From an uncultured Clostridium sp. (GTDB taxonomy: Bacteria; Bacillota; Clostridia; TANB77; CAG-508), in the NCBI GenBank assembly GCA_900553015.1, contig USBY01000008.1, positions 535 through 64,534 of the forward strand: a stretch of 64,000 nucleotides of DNA, given 5' to 3'. Position 1 is the stretch's first letter. Each line of letters begins with the position of its first letter. Under the pieces are notes generated by a model. It had not been told where the DNA came from, searched no databases, and saw nothing but the letters and a program-made list of their open reading frames with translations. Position numbers and translations under genes: made by a program. This document shows, one piece after another, positions 38,199 through 47,881 of this stretch.

Positions 38199-38744
38199 TT
38201 GGAAAATGAAACAATAGCATTTTATGAAGAAAAAGGAATATTAAATTTAGAAAAAATAATTAATAAATACAATTCTTATATTTATACTATATTACGAAAC
38301 AGTATATCTAATGAATCAGATATCGAAGAAATGTTATCAGATGTGTTTTTTGTATTCTGGAAAAACTATAAAAGATTAGATGATAAGACAGAAATAAAGA
38401 AATATTTAGCAGGAATCACAAAAAACTTAATAAAAAAGAAATACAGAAATTCTAATTTGAATATTGAGAATATTGAATTATATGAAAATAATATATTTGA
38501 CAATATCAATCTTGAAGAATTAGTTGAAAATAACGAAAAATCTAAAGTGATTTCTTTTACATTAGAAAATATTAAAAAAACCGATAAAGATGTATTTATA
38601 ATGTTTTATTATAATCAACAGAAAATTAAGGATATTTCAAAGTTACTAAATATATCAGAAGCAAAAGTAAAAATAATTTTATATAGAACAAGAAAGTTAA
38701 TAAAGAAAAATTTAAAAGAAAGAGGGTATAGCTATGGAAAATAA
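38199..38744 (+). CDS. ECF-type RNA polymerase sigma factor (paralog of 5994-6521)
   Basis: TTG start directly after the same 16-nt GGAGTTTAGATCTAAA as the paralog. LEKIINKYNSYIY, YLAGITKNLIKK, C-terminal HTH. Confidence 0.8.
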   Translation: MENETIAFYEEKGILNLEKIINKYNSYIYTILRNSISNESDIEEMLSDVFFVFWKNYKRLDDKTEIKKYLAGITKNLIKKKYRNSNLNIENIELYENNIFDNINLEELVENNEKSKVISFTLENIKKTDKDVFIMFYYNQQKIKDISKLLNISEAKVKIILYRTRKLIKKNLKERGYSYGK

Positions 38745-39165
38745 TGAATTAAATAGAAAAGTTCTTGAAAAAGTAAGAAACAGAATAGTTATATCTAATT
38801 TGGAAAGTGAGGAGAATATGAAATTAAATAAGAAAAAGCAAATTATATCAATAGCTGCAGTTTTAGTTGTATTATTTACAGGAAGCTTTATTACTGTAAA
38901 TGCAGCTACAGATGGAGAATTAGTAGATAAAGTAACAAATACAATTAAAGTTATATTTGTTAAGGATGATGGAACGGAAAACGAAGTAAAAGGAACAACA
39001 TATACTGATTCAAACAATCATACAATAGAAAAATATGAAGTTGAAGATAATAACACTAAACATATAGTAGAAGTAGATAAAAACAATTTAGATAAAGATA
39101 ATATGACTATTAATGCAACTATAAATGATGATGAAGCTGGTATTATAATTGATAAGCAAAAATAA
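38734..39165 (+). CDS. putative anti-sigma factor, short single-pass membrane protein
   Basis: Overlaps the sigma gene by 11 nt. N-terminus LEKVRNRIVISN like the 6523 paralog. TM helix IISIAAVLVVLFTGSFITV. Confidence 0.6.
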   Translation: MENNELNRKVLEKVRNRIVISNLESEENMKLNKKKQIISIAAVLVVLFTGSFITVNAATDGELVDKVTNTIKVIFVKDDGTENEVKGTTYTDSNNHTIEKYEVEDNNTKHIVEVDKNNLDKDNMTINATINDDEAGIIIDKQK

Positions 39166-39180
39166 AGAAGATATTAAATA

Positions 39181-39211
39181 AGTGGACATAATAGTAGTCC
39201 ACTTATTTTTT
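39181..39211 (+). terminator. rho-independent terminator after anti-sigma gene
   Basis: AGTGGAC / GTCCACT stem followed by a T-run. Confidence 0.75.
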
Positions 39212-39316
39212 TGTACTCGCGGTACAAAAAAATAAAAATAATTGACTTGTTTTTAGATTTATATTATCCTAATAAAGGCGAAAAAATAGAAAATAAATAT
39301 GGAGGAAATATAAATT

Positions 39317-41029
39317 ATGAGCAAAGATATTTTAGAAGTAAGAGATTTAAAAGATATGTTAAACAAAACAAAAAATTTATATGCAGACAGACCATGTTAT
39401 ACAATTAAGACTGAAGAAGGAGAATATAAATCTTATACACATAGTGAAGTAAGAGACATGATTGATTACCTTGGTACAGCATTAATTAGTTTAGGTTTAA
39501 AAGATAAGAGAATTGCTGTTATAGGAGAAAATAGATATGAATGGGAACTTGCATATTTATCAGTAGCATGTGGTACAGGTATTGTAGTTCCTTTAGATAA
39601 ATCATTACCTGCAAATGAATTAGAAGATTTAATAGAAAGATCAGAAGTTGAAGCAATTTTTTATACAAAGAAATATCAAGAGACAGTAGAAAAAATAAAA
39701 TATAATGAAAAAAATAAATTAAAGCACTTAATTTCTATGGATTCAGATATACACAAAGAAGGAATTTATTCTCAAAAAGAATTAATAGAAAAAGGAAAAG
39801 AATTAGTAGAAGCAGGAAATAGAGAATTTATTGATGCAAAAATAGATCCAGAAGTAATGGACATAATGTTATTTACATCAGGAACAACATCAAGATCTAA
39901 AGTTGTAGCACTATCACATAAAAATTTAGTTTCTAATTTAATGGATTGTGCTCATGTAATAGATTTAGATTCTACTGATAGAGTATTATCATTTTTACCA
40001 TTACATCATGTTTTTGAATGTACAGTAGGTATGTTACTTTCATTATATTTAGGAGCAAATAGATTTTTCTGTACAGGAATGAGACATATAGTAGAAAATT
40101 TAAATGAATATAAAATAACATTTACATCTTTTGTACCAGCTATTTATGAAGCAATGCATAAAAATATTTTAAAGACTCTTGAAAAACAAGGTAAACTTGA
40201 AGCAGTTAGAAAACTTATGGAAGCAAATAAAGATAAAACTATGGCAGAAAAGAAAGAAATATTCCAAGATATTCATAATATATTTGGTGGAAATATAAAG
40301 ATGTATATAAGTGGAGCAGCAGCATTAGATAAAGAAGTAGAGGAAGATTTTAGAGCTTGGGGAATTAATTTATGTCAAGGATATGGATTAACAGAAACAT
40401 CTCCAGTTATTGGTGTAGAATATAGAGATAACTTTAGAGTTGGTTCAATAGGTCAAGCACTTCCACATATTCAAGCAAGAATAGATGATGCAAATGATGA
40501 AGGAATGGGAGAACTTGTTGTAAAAGGACCAAATGTAATGCTTGGATATTACAATGATGAAGAAGCAACAAAAGAAGTTATGGAAGATGGTTGGTTCCAC
40601 ACAGGTGATTTAGCAAAAATAGATGAAGATGGATATATCTTTATTTGTGGAAGAAAGAAAAGTGTAATAGTACTTAAAAATGGTAAAAATATATTCCCAG
40701 AAGAAATGGAAGCATTAGTAAATAAAATAGAAGGTGTAAAAGAATCATTTATTTTCGGAAAACAACAATCAGATGATAAAGATGATATAAAAATAAATGT
40801 AAAAATAATATTTGATAGAGAAGTAATGAAAGAAGCATATAAAGTAGAGACAGATGAAGAAATCTATAAAGTTTTAGCAGATAAGATAAAAGAAATAAAC
40901 CAAATAATGCCAAAATATAAAGCAATAAGAGGAATATTAATTTCAGAAGAACCATTAATAAAAACAACAACAAGCAAAATCAAGAGACAAGCAAATCTAG
41001 AAGTAATAGAAAAAGAAAGCAGAGATTAG
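39317..41029 (+). CDS. long-chain fatty acid--CoA ligase (AMP-binding enzyme)
   Basis: AMP-binding motifs FTSGTTSRSK, GYGLTET, GWFHTGD, GRKKS. Confidence 0.88.
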   Translation: MSKDILEVRDLKDMLNKTKNLYADRPCYTIKTEEGEYKSYTHSEVRDMIDYLGTALISLGLKDKRIAVIGENRYEWELAYLSVACGTGIVVPLDKSLPANELEDLIERSEVEAIFYTKKYQETVEKIKYNEKNKLKHLISMDSDIHKEGIYSQKELIEKGKELVEAGNREFIDAKIDPEVMDIMLFTSGTTSRSKVVALSHKNLVSNLMDCAHVIDLDSTDRVLSFLPLHHVFECTVGMLLSLYLGANRFFCTGMRHIVENLNEYKITFTSFVPAIYEAMHKNILKTLEKQGKLEAVRKLMEANKDKTMAEKKEIFQDIHNIFGGNIKMYISGAAALDKEVEEDFRAWGINLCQGYGLTETSPVIGVEYRDNFRVGSIGQALPHIQARIDDANDEGMGELVVKGPNVMLGYYNDEEATKEVMEDGWFHTGDLAKIDEDGYIFICGRKKSVIVLKNGKNIFPEEMEALVNKIEGVKESFIFGKQQSDDKDDIKINVKIIFDREVMKEAYKVETDEEIYKVLADKIKEINQIMPKYKAIRGILISEEPLIKTTTSKIKRQANLEVIEKESRD

Positions 41030-41030
41030 G

Positions 41031-41063
41031 ATAGGGATTTGGGGACGTTCCTTTTTTCCCTAT
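41031..41063. repeat. single 33-bp unit of the dispersed hairpin repeat
   Basis: ATAGGGATTTGGGGACGTTCCTTTTTTCCCTAT, starting 1 nt after the stop codon. Exact reverse complement of 25137-25169. Confidence 0.9.
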
Positions 41064-41086
41064 AATTATATATTTGTAAAAAAAGG

Positions 41087-41121
41087 TTGATTTAGTAAAA
41101 AAGCTAAGTCAATCTTTTTTT
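41087..41121 (+). terminator. rho-independent terminator after acyl-CoA ligase gene
   Basis: TTGATTTA / TAAGTCAA stem (one G-U) followed by TCTTTTTTT. Confidence 0.6.
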
Positions 41122-41214
41122 GCGTGTATAAAATTGTAATAAAATGTAATATTAAAAATATGGAAAACTAGATTGAATAATGATAAAATACATAAAAAGA
41201 TAAGGAGATTATTT

Positions 41215-42666
41215 ATGATAGAAAAGCTCAATAATGAATTGATAAATATTATAAATGAAGGTGAAGGAATAACAACAGAATTTAAAGAAGCTTCTAATAG
41301 ATTGCCTAGAAATTTGTTTGAGACTGTATGTGCCTTTTTAAATAGAAATGGTGGTAATATTTTTTTAGGAGTTTCAGATAGTGGAGAAGTAATTGGCGTT
41401 AATAAAGAAAAGATTAGCATGATGAAAAAAGATTTTGTCAACTTATGTAATAATCCAGAGAAAATAGAGCCAACAATATATTTAAATATTAATGATTATG
41501 AAATTAATAATAAAGTAATATTACACATATATGTTAACGAAAGTTCAAGCGTTCATAGAACAGCAGGTAAAGTCTTTGATAGAAATGAGGATGGAGATTA
41601 TGAAGTAAAACAAGCAGAAAGAATAGCCAACATATATATAAGAAAACAAGAGTTTTATACAGAAAATAAAATTTTTCCATATGCAGAAATGGAAGATTTA
41701 AGACCAGATTTAATACAAAGGGTAAGACAAATGGCAATAAATCGAAATGGTCAAAATCATATATGGGCCAATATGTCTGATGAAGAAATGCTTAGAAGTA
41801 GTAATTTATTTGCAAAAGACTTTGTAACAGGTAAAAAAGGTTTAACTCTTGCTGCAATTTTATTATTTGGAAAAGACGAAACTATTTTATCTGTTCTTCC
41901 TCACCATAAAACAGATTGCATATATAGAGTAAAAAATTTGGATAGATATGATGATAGAGATGATGTTAGAACTAATTTAATTGAAAGTTTTGATAGATTA
42001 ATGGCATTTGTGGAAAAACATTTAGATGATAAGTTTTATTTAGAAGGAAATCAAAGAATAGATGTTAGAAATAAAATTGCAAGAGAATTATGTGTAAACA
42101 TGTTAATACATCGTGAATTTTCTAATCCGTATCCTGCTAAACTTATTATTGAGAAGGATTATTTAAGGACTGAAAATGCAAATAGAGCAAAAATGATTGG
42201 AAAAATAAATGTGGATTTTTATGAGCCATATCCCAAAAATCCTAAAATAGCTAAAATATTTAAAGAAATAGGATTGGCTGATGAGCTAGGTTCAGGTGTT
42301 AGAAATATGTATAAATATACTAAGATTTATTCTGGAGGCTTACCTGACTTAAAAGAAGATGATATTTTTAGAGCATATATTCCTCTTACAGAGAATGCAA
42401 AAGAACATGCTATTGAATATCAAAGTGACCGTGTAAATGACCATGTAAATGACCGTGTAAATGACCGTGTAAGTGGATATATTGCAGATAAAGAATTAAA
42501 AATCATAAGATTAATAGAAGAAAATGCTCGTATAACGCATAATGAAATGGCTAATAAACTAGGAGTATCAGAAAAAACAGTAAGAAGAAGTACACAAAAA
42601 TTAAAAGAAAAAGGTATAATCAGAAGGGTCGGAGCTGATAAAAATGGATTTTGGGAAATAATTTGA
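41215..42666 (+). CDS. AlbA_2 (Schlafen-like) DNA-binding domain protein with ATPase-like middle and C-terminal winged HTH (often annotated RecG-like)
   Basis: ATG 41215 after AAGGAG. EGEGITTEFKEA...AFLNRNGGNIFLGVSDSGEVIGV is the AlbA_2 signature. C-terminal HTH ITHNEMANKLGVSEKTVRRSTQKLKEKGIIRR. Confidence 0.75.
   Translation: MIEKLNNELINIINEGEGITTEFKEASNRLPRNLFETVCAFLNRNGGNIFLGVSDSGEVIGVNKEKISMMKKDFVNLCNNPEKIEPTIYLNINDYEINNKVILHIYVNESSSVHRTAGKVFDRNEDGDYEVKQAERIANIYIRKQEFYTENKIFPYAEMEDLRPDLIQRVRQMAINRNGQNHIWANMSDEEMLRSSNLFAKDFVTGKKGLTLAAILLFGKDETILSVLPHHKTDCIYRVKNLDRYDDRDDVRTNLIESFDRLMAFVEKHLDDKFYLEGNQRIDVRNKIARELCVNMLIHREFSNPYPAKLIIEKDYLRTENANRAKMIGKINVDFYEPYPKNPKIAKIFKEIGLADELGSGVRNMYKYTKIYSGGLPDLKEDDIFRAYIPLTENAKEHAIEYQSDRVNDHVNDRVNDRVSGYIADKELKIIRLIEENARITHNEMANKLGVSEKTVRRSTQKLKEKGIIRRVGADKNGFWEII
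42427..42474 (+). repeat. in-frame 12-bp tandem repeat x4 inside 41215-42666
   Basis: GACCGTGTAAAT GACCATGTAAAT GACCGTGTAAAT GACCGTGTAAGT encoding DRVN DHVN DRVN DRVS. Confidence 0.95.
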
Positions 42667-42737
42667 ATACATTAAATCAAAAAATGAAGCAAGATATACG
42701 GAAAATAACGAACTAAAAAAATGAGGGTGAGTATTTA

Positions 42738-43373
42738 ATGGATAATAATGCTAAAATAGTTATATTTGATTGGGGAGGAGTAATAGAAAGCCATAGAGAT
42801 GGTGAATATTGCTTAAATACAGCAATAACTAATCTTATAAAACATTTTAATAATAATGTAGATGAAAGCAATTTAATTGAAAAATATTTTTATGTTACAG
42901 CTCGCAAACTTAGGGAGGACTTTAAAGAATATACATGGTTTGACAAAATAAAAAATGAGTTTAATTTACAATGCGATGAAGAAGAATTCTATGATTTTTA
43001 TATAAAAGAATTTGATAAAATAGAATATTATAAAGATGTAGTAGATTATGCTCATAGCTTAAAATCTAAATGTAAAATAGGGATATTATCCAATCTAGGT
43101 ACAATTGATAAGCAAAGATTAGATAAACAAGTTGATTTAAAACAATTTGATTATGTTTGGCTTTCATGTGAACTAAAATACAGTAAACCTAATACAAAAG
43201 TCTATGAAATTGTAGAAAATGATTGTAAACTTAATCCTACTAATATTTTATTTATAGATGATGTACAAGCAAACTTAGAACCCGCCAAAGAAAAAGGATG
43301 GAATATTTGTAATGCATTTGGTTATGAATTAGACAATATACAAAGAAGTGTAGAAGAATTTTTAAGAAAATAG
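42738..43373 (+). CDS. HAD family hydrolase
   Basis: VIFDWGGV (DxG variant of motif I), ILSN, KP, and FIDD motif IV. Confidence 0.7.
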   Translation: MDNNAKIVIFDWGGVIESHRDGEYCLNTAITNLIKHFNNNVDESNLIEKYFYVTARKLREDFKEYTWFDKIKNEFNLQCDEEEFYDFYIKEFDKIEYYKDVVDYAHSLKSKCKIGILSNLGTIDKQRLDKQVDLKQFDYVWLSCELKYSKPNTKVYEIVENDCKLNPTNILFIDDVQANLEPAKEKGWNICNAFGYELDNIQRSVEEFLRK

Positions 43374-43385
43374 GAGGGAATTAAA

Positions 43386-43727
43386 ATGAATGATACAAAA
43401 GAGTATATTGGTAAAATGGTAGAAGCTAAAATAGATAGGCCAATGGGAACAGGACATCCTGAATTTCCAGAATCTATATATCCTATTAATTATGGATATA
43501 TTCCTAATACAATTAGTGGAGATGGAAAAGAGTTGGATTGCTACATATTAGGTGTATTTGAACCAGTAAAAACTTTTAAAGGAAAATGTATTGCTGTATT
43601 ACATAGGGTTAATGATAATGATGATAAATTAATTATAGCGCCAGAAGGCAAAGATTATTCTGATGATGCAATAAGAGCATTAACTGAATTCCAAGAAAGA
43701 TTTTTTGAAAGTATAATTATAAGATAA
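43386..43727 (+). CDS. short inorganic diphosphatase-like protein
   Basis: YPINYGYIPNTISGDGKELDCYILG resembles the family I PPase core. At 113 aa it is shorter than canonical. Confidence 0.6.
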   Translation: MNDTKEYIGKMVEAKIDRPMGTGHPEFPESIYPINYGYIPNTISGDGKELDCYILGVFEPVKTFKGKCIAVLHRVNDNDDKLIIAPEGKDYSDDAIRALTEFQERFFESIIIR

Positions 43728-43741
43728 TATAGATACAATAA

Positions 43742-43781
43742 AAGCCACTAAAAAGTATATATAAATAGCTTTATAGTGGCT
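43742..43781. terminator. bidirectional hairpin between convergent genes
   Basis: AGCCACTAAAAAG / CTTTATAGTGGCT 13-bp stem with one mismatch. Confidence 0.65.
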
Positions 43782-43874
43782 AAAAATTTAATTTATTCAT
43801 AATCCTCTATGTATAATGCTTTAGCTATAAAAGGAGTTATTTCTTTAATATTGTACCAACCAGAACTTTTACTA

Positions 43875-44549
43875 TCATTTTCTAGACCGATTAGGATTAG
43901 AAACATAAACCATATTATTTTCATCTGCAGCAAGTAGTACCATATAATGTGAAGCAGTAGTCCAACGATTATTGGATGGTTTATTCCAAACACAAACAAT
44001 AATAGGTCTATTTGATTGTAAATGCTCTATAATTGTTTCATTTGATAAGTGATTAGAATCATAATAAAAGTCAGAATTTTTTATACCAAATTTTGAAGAT
44101 AGTTCTTTAGATAATTTTTCATAATCCATTACTGGATAATACATCTTTCTTAATTTTTCTGGTGTGTAGTCTTTACCATATCCACTCAAAATAATTGACA
44201 TAACAGTTATACCACAACCATTTTCTGCCATAGTACCACCCCAATATTCTTTGTTGCTCCATGACGAATTACCATTCTGTTTATATTCTTTATAAGTTTT
44301 TTTATACTTATCTTCTGTAGTAAAAGTTGTAAAATAACCATCTTTATCTTTTACTTTTTGCTGACCAGTACCAGGATAATTTTTATTCGAATCTTTTTTT
44401 ATTACTTTATATTCACTTGAAATATTAAAAAAATTCAAAATCCTAGTCGAATTATTCCCTAAAAATTTTACTATAAAAATTAAACTAATAATTAATATTA
44501 AAATTATAAAAATTCTTTTTGGTAATCTTCTTTTGTTATTTTCTTTCAC
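43875..44549 (-). CDS. membrane-anchored papain-like cysteine peptidase (C39-like domain)
   Basis: Anchor IFIILILIISLIFIV. Candidate Cys in ENGCGITVMS and His in ASHYMVLL. Confidence 0.5.
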   Translation of the reverse strand: MKENNKRRLPKRIFIILILIISLIFIVKFLGNNSTRILNFFNISSEYKVIKKDSNKNYPGTGQQKVKDKDGYFTTFTTEDKYKKTYKEYKQNGNSSWSNKEYWGGTMAENGCGITVMSIILSGYGKDYTPEKLRKMYYPVMDYEKLSKELSSKFGIKNSDFYYDSNHLSNETIIEHLQSNRPIIVCVWNKPSNNRWTTASHYMVLLAADENNMVYVSNPNRSRK

Positions 44550-44701
44550 TTCAATTCCTCCTTTAAATTAAGACTATTATAGCTAAAATAAATGAAGATG
44601 ATTTTAAGAACTCATTAACTATTTCTTAATTTTTTCTTACAATGTATCAAATAAATGGAAAATACATGTGCTTATGTTATAATCAAAATGGGGGATATGA
44701 A

Positions 44702-45389
44702 ATGAACGTTTTAATATTGGATGATGAAAAAGAAATTGTTGATTTATTAGAAGTTTATTTAAAAAATGAAAATTATAATGTGTATAAATTTTATACATCA
44801 GAAGATGCAATAAAGTGTATAGATACAGTACATTTAGACATTGCTATTTTAGATGTTATGATACAAGGGAAAAATGGTTTTGAAATATGTAAATATATCA
44901 GAGAAAAGAAATTAAGATTTCCTGTTATAATGCTAACAGCCAAAATAGAAGATAATGATAAAATAAAAGGATTAACTCTTCGGGGCAGATGATTATATAA
45001 CTAAACCATTTAATCCATTAGAAGTAGTCGCACGAGTAAAATCAGCATTAAGAAGATACACTTTATATAATACAGAAAATAAAACTAATAATATAATTGA
45101 AATAAATGGTTTAATTATAGATAAAGACGAACATAAATGTTTGTTATATGAAAAAGAAGTAGATTTAACTCCAACAGAATTTGAAATATTGTCGTATTTA
45201 GCAAATAATAGAGGGAAGGTAATAAGTTCTGAAGAATTATTTGAAAAAGTATGGAAAGAAAAATATTTGGATAGTAATAATACAGTAATGGTTCATATAA
45301 GAAGAATAAGAGAAAAATTACATGAGGATTCAAAAAATCCAAAATTTATAAAGACTGTGTGGGGAGTGGGATATAAAATTGAAAATTAA
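44702..45389 (+). pseudogene. OmpR/VanR-like response regulator with a +1 frameshift in the receiver domain
   Basis: MNVLILDDE..LDVMI..MLTAK..GLTL stops at TGA 44990-44992. Removing one nt at 44978-44985 (CTTCGGGG) restores GADDYITKPF and joins to the winged-helix part (track ORF 45141-45389). Confidence 0.75.
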
Positions 45390-46464
45390 TAGTTTAACTA
45401 AAACAAAAATCAGACTATTTATGTCTTTAATTACAAATGTTGTAGTTGTAAGTATAATTGCCATAGCAATATATTTTGTTTTAGCATTATTTTTTGAAAA
45501 TAATATATCAGTTTTTATTGCAAACTTAAATTATGAAGTATATTCATGGATTGTGCATAACAGAGATATAGTGTTATATGTTTATATAGTTGTTGTTTTG
45601 TTAGTAATTACATATAGATTTATTTCGAAATATATAGATGATATAAACCAAGTATATAACTCATTAGATTTAATATTAAAAGAGGATAATACAACAATAA
45701 AACTACCAGATAATGTAAGTCAATTTGCTGAAAAATTAAATGATATAAAGTATAATTATATAGCAAGCAAAAATAGGGAGCGCGATGCAAGTCAAAAGAA
45801 AAATGACTTGATTATGTATATGGCACATGACTTAAAGACTCCACTTACCTCAGTTATTGGGTATTTAACATTACTTTCTGACGAAAAAGGTATCTCAAAA
45901 GAATTACAAGAAAAGTATACAAAGATTGCTTTAACTAAGGCTCTAAGACTTGAAGAATTAACAAATCAATTTTTCGATATAACTAGATATGATTTACATA
46001 CTATGGTAATTAATAAAAATGAGATAAATATTGCATATTTGTTGGAACAATTAGTTGACGAATGTTATCCAATGCTAGAAAAGAATAGCCTAAAATGTAA
46101 GTTAGATACACCAGCTAAAGTTATGTATGTAGGAGATGGAGATAAATTAGCAAGAGCATTTGGAAATTTATTAAAAAATGCAATAAATTATAGTTATAAA
46201 AATACTACAATCGAAATAAAACTTGAGCAAGTAGATGATAAAATAAGAGTATCATTTAAAAATAAAGGTGATAAGATACCAGAATACAAACTTAATAAGA
46301 TATTTGAAAAGTTTTATAGAGGAGATGATTCAAGAGCAAGTTCAACAGGTGGCGCAGGATTAGGACTAGCAATTACAAAAGAAATAGTAGAATTACATAG
46401 AGGAACTATAAAAGTAAAAAATGATGATGAATATATTGAATTTGTTATTGAATTAAATGTATAA
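45379..46464 (+). CDS. VanS-like sensor histidine kinase
   Basis: Two N-terminal TM helices, H-box MAHDLKTPLTSVIGYLTLL, N box LLKNAINYS, G box GGAGLGLAI. Overlaps the regulator gene by 11 nt. Confidence 0.88.
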   Translation: MKINSLTKTKIRLFMSLITNVVVVSIIAIAIYFVLALFFENNISVFIANLNYEVYSWIVHNRDIVLYVYIVVVLLVITYRFISKYIDDINQVYNSLDLILKEDNTTIKLPDNVSQFAEKLNDIKYNYIASKNRERDASQKKNDLIMYMAHDLKTPLTSVIGYLTLLSDEKGISKELQEKYTKIALTKALRLEELTNQFFDITRYDLHTMVINKNEINIAYLLEQLVDECYPMLEKNSLKCKLDTPAKVMYVGDGDKLARAFGNLLKNAINYSYKNTTIEIKLEQVDDKIRVSFKNKGDKIPEYKLNKIFEKFYRGDDSRASSTGGAGLGLAITKEIVELHRGTIKVKNDDEYIEFVIELNV

Positions 46465-46480
46465 AATAATAGGAGTAATT

Positions 46481-47215
46481 ATGAAAAAGAAACTAATATT
46501 TATAATAGGTACTATTTTAATAATAATTATTACAATACTTTTACTTTGGTATAATGGGGTTATTATTTTTAATTATCCTTCAGAAAAGAGATATGAGGTC
46601 AGAGGTGTAGATGTTTCATCTTATCAAGGAGATATCAATTGGAATGTCTTAGCTAAGCAAGGTATAAGTTTTGCCTTTATTAAAGCAACAGAAGGAAGTT
46701 CATTTTCAGATGAAAAATTCAAGGAAAACTACGAGAATGCAATAAAAACAGACTTAAAAATAGGTGTATATCATTTTTTTAGTTTTGATAGTAATGGAAA
46801 TACACAAGCAGACAACTTTATAAAAAATGTGCCCAAAAAAGATGATATGCTTCCGCCAGTTGTTGATATCGAATTTTATGGTGATAAGTATAAAAATGTT
46901 CCAGACATAGAAGAAACACAAAAACAATTACAAATCTTATTGGATAGACTAGAAGAATATTATGGAAAAAAGGCAATAATATATGCAACATACAAATCTT
47001 ATAATTTATACATAATGAATAACTTTAAAGACAATTATATTTGGATTAGAGATGTCTTTTTTAGACCAAGCTTAAGAGATAATAGAGATTGGACTTTCTG
47101 GCAATATACTGACAAAGTCAAGCTGGATGGATATAATGGAAAAGAATCTAAGATTGATATGAATGTGTTTAATGGCAATAGCGAAGAGTTTAGGAAAATA
47201 TTTAATATAGAATAA
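46481..47215 (+). CDS. membrane-anchored GH25 muramidase (lysozyme)
   Basis: ATG 46481 after AGGAG. Anchor, then RGVDVSSYQGDINW..FAFIKATEG..YHF typical of GH25. Confidence 0.85.
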   Translation: MKKKLIFIIGTILIIIITILLLWYNGVIIFNYPSEKRYEVRGVDVSSYQGDINWNVLAKQGISFAFIKATEGSSFSDEKFKENYENAIKTDLKIGVYHFFSFDSNGNTQADNFIKNVPKKDDMLPPVVDIEFYGDKYKNVPDIEETQKQLQILLDRLEEYYGKKAIIYATYKSYNLYIMNNFKDNYIWIRDVFFRPSLRDNRDWTFWQYTDKVKLDGYNGKESKIDMNVFNGNSEEFRKIFNIE

Positions 47216-47224
47216 GGAGTTTTT

Positions 47225-47869
47225 ATGGAGAATTTAGAAGTAAAAATGAAAAAATTATTTGAAAAATGGAAACAAGATCATAAGAATGATAAACTATATG
47301 AATATGATACGCCTAGTATAGATGGGAAAATTATTCCAAAAGATAATTTTATAAGTGATGGCTTTTGTCTATCTAATGTAATTAAAGAAAATACTATATT
47401 ATATATTTCTAAGGAAAGTCATGAATATGATAAAAATAGCATTATAGATAAAGAGAAAATAAAAGAATATGAATATCTAAAAAATTGTTTTGCTGATAAT
47501 AAAAAATCTTTGTTTCCTACAAGAATAAGGAATATGCAGGAAGAAGTATTGGATAAAAATATTGATGATATAACTTTCATGAATATTAATAAAAGAGGTG
47601 GCTTTTCTTATACAAATATGGCAATTTTAAATACATATGCTATGCAATTTAGTGATAATATCGTAAGTGAAATTGAAATAATTAATCCAGAGCTTATTAT
47701 ATGTTGTGGTATTGGTTTAAAAAGAATTATTAATATGGTTTACACTAAATGTGATAAAAAACTTAATAAACCTATAGTAGAAGTTAATCATCCATCATAT
47801 GTTATAAGTAAGGAAAAATATTTAAACTCATTTAGAGAAGAATTAAGAAAAATCAATAAATTTGTATAA
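47225..47869 (+). CDS. hypothetical protein, possibly uracil-DNA-glycosylase-superfamily fold
   Basis: RBS AAGGAG. The suggestion rests only on LYISKESH, NINKRGG and C-terminal NHPSY patterns and is weak. Confidence 0.4.
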   Translation: MENLEVKMKKLFEKWKQDHKNDKLYEYDTPSIDGKIIPKDNFISDGFCLSNVIKENTILYISKESHEYDKNSIIDKEKIKEYEYLKNCFADNKKSLFPTRIRNMQEEVLDKNIDDITFMNINKRGGFSYTNMAILNTYAMQFSDNIVSEIEIINPELIICCGIGLKRIINMVYTKCDKKLNKPIVEVNHPSYVISKEKYLNSFREELRKINKFV

Positions 47870-47881
47870 AGGAGAATAATT

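Noticed and set aside
39211-39408. 65-aa ORF overlapping the start of the acyl-CoA ligase gene, and the hairpin TTTTTTTGTAC-TCGCG-GTACAAAAAAA at 39206-39232.
   Set aside because: The ORF has a TTG start, no RBS and runs into a clearly real gene in another frame. The hairpin shares its T-run with the preceding terminator and is most simply a second, bidirectional terminator stem; an operator role cannot be supported from sequence.
43793-43999. 68-aa minus-strand ORF overlapping the 3' end of the C39-like peptidase gene in another frame.
   Set aside because: It is nested against a longer ORF with recognisable peptidase features, has no RBS, and extends into the terminator region.
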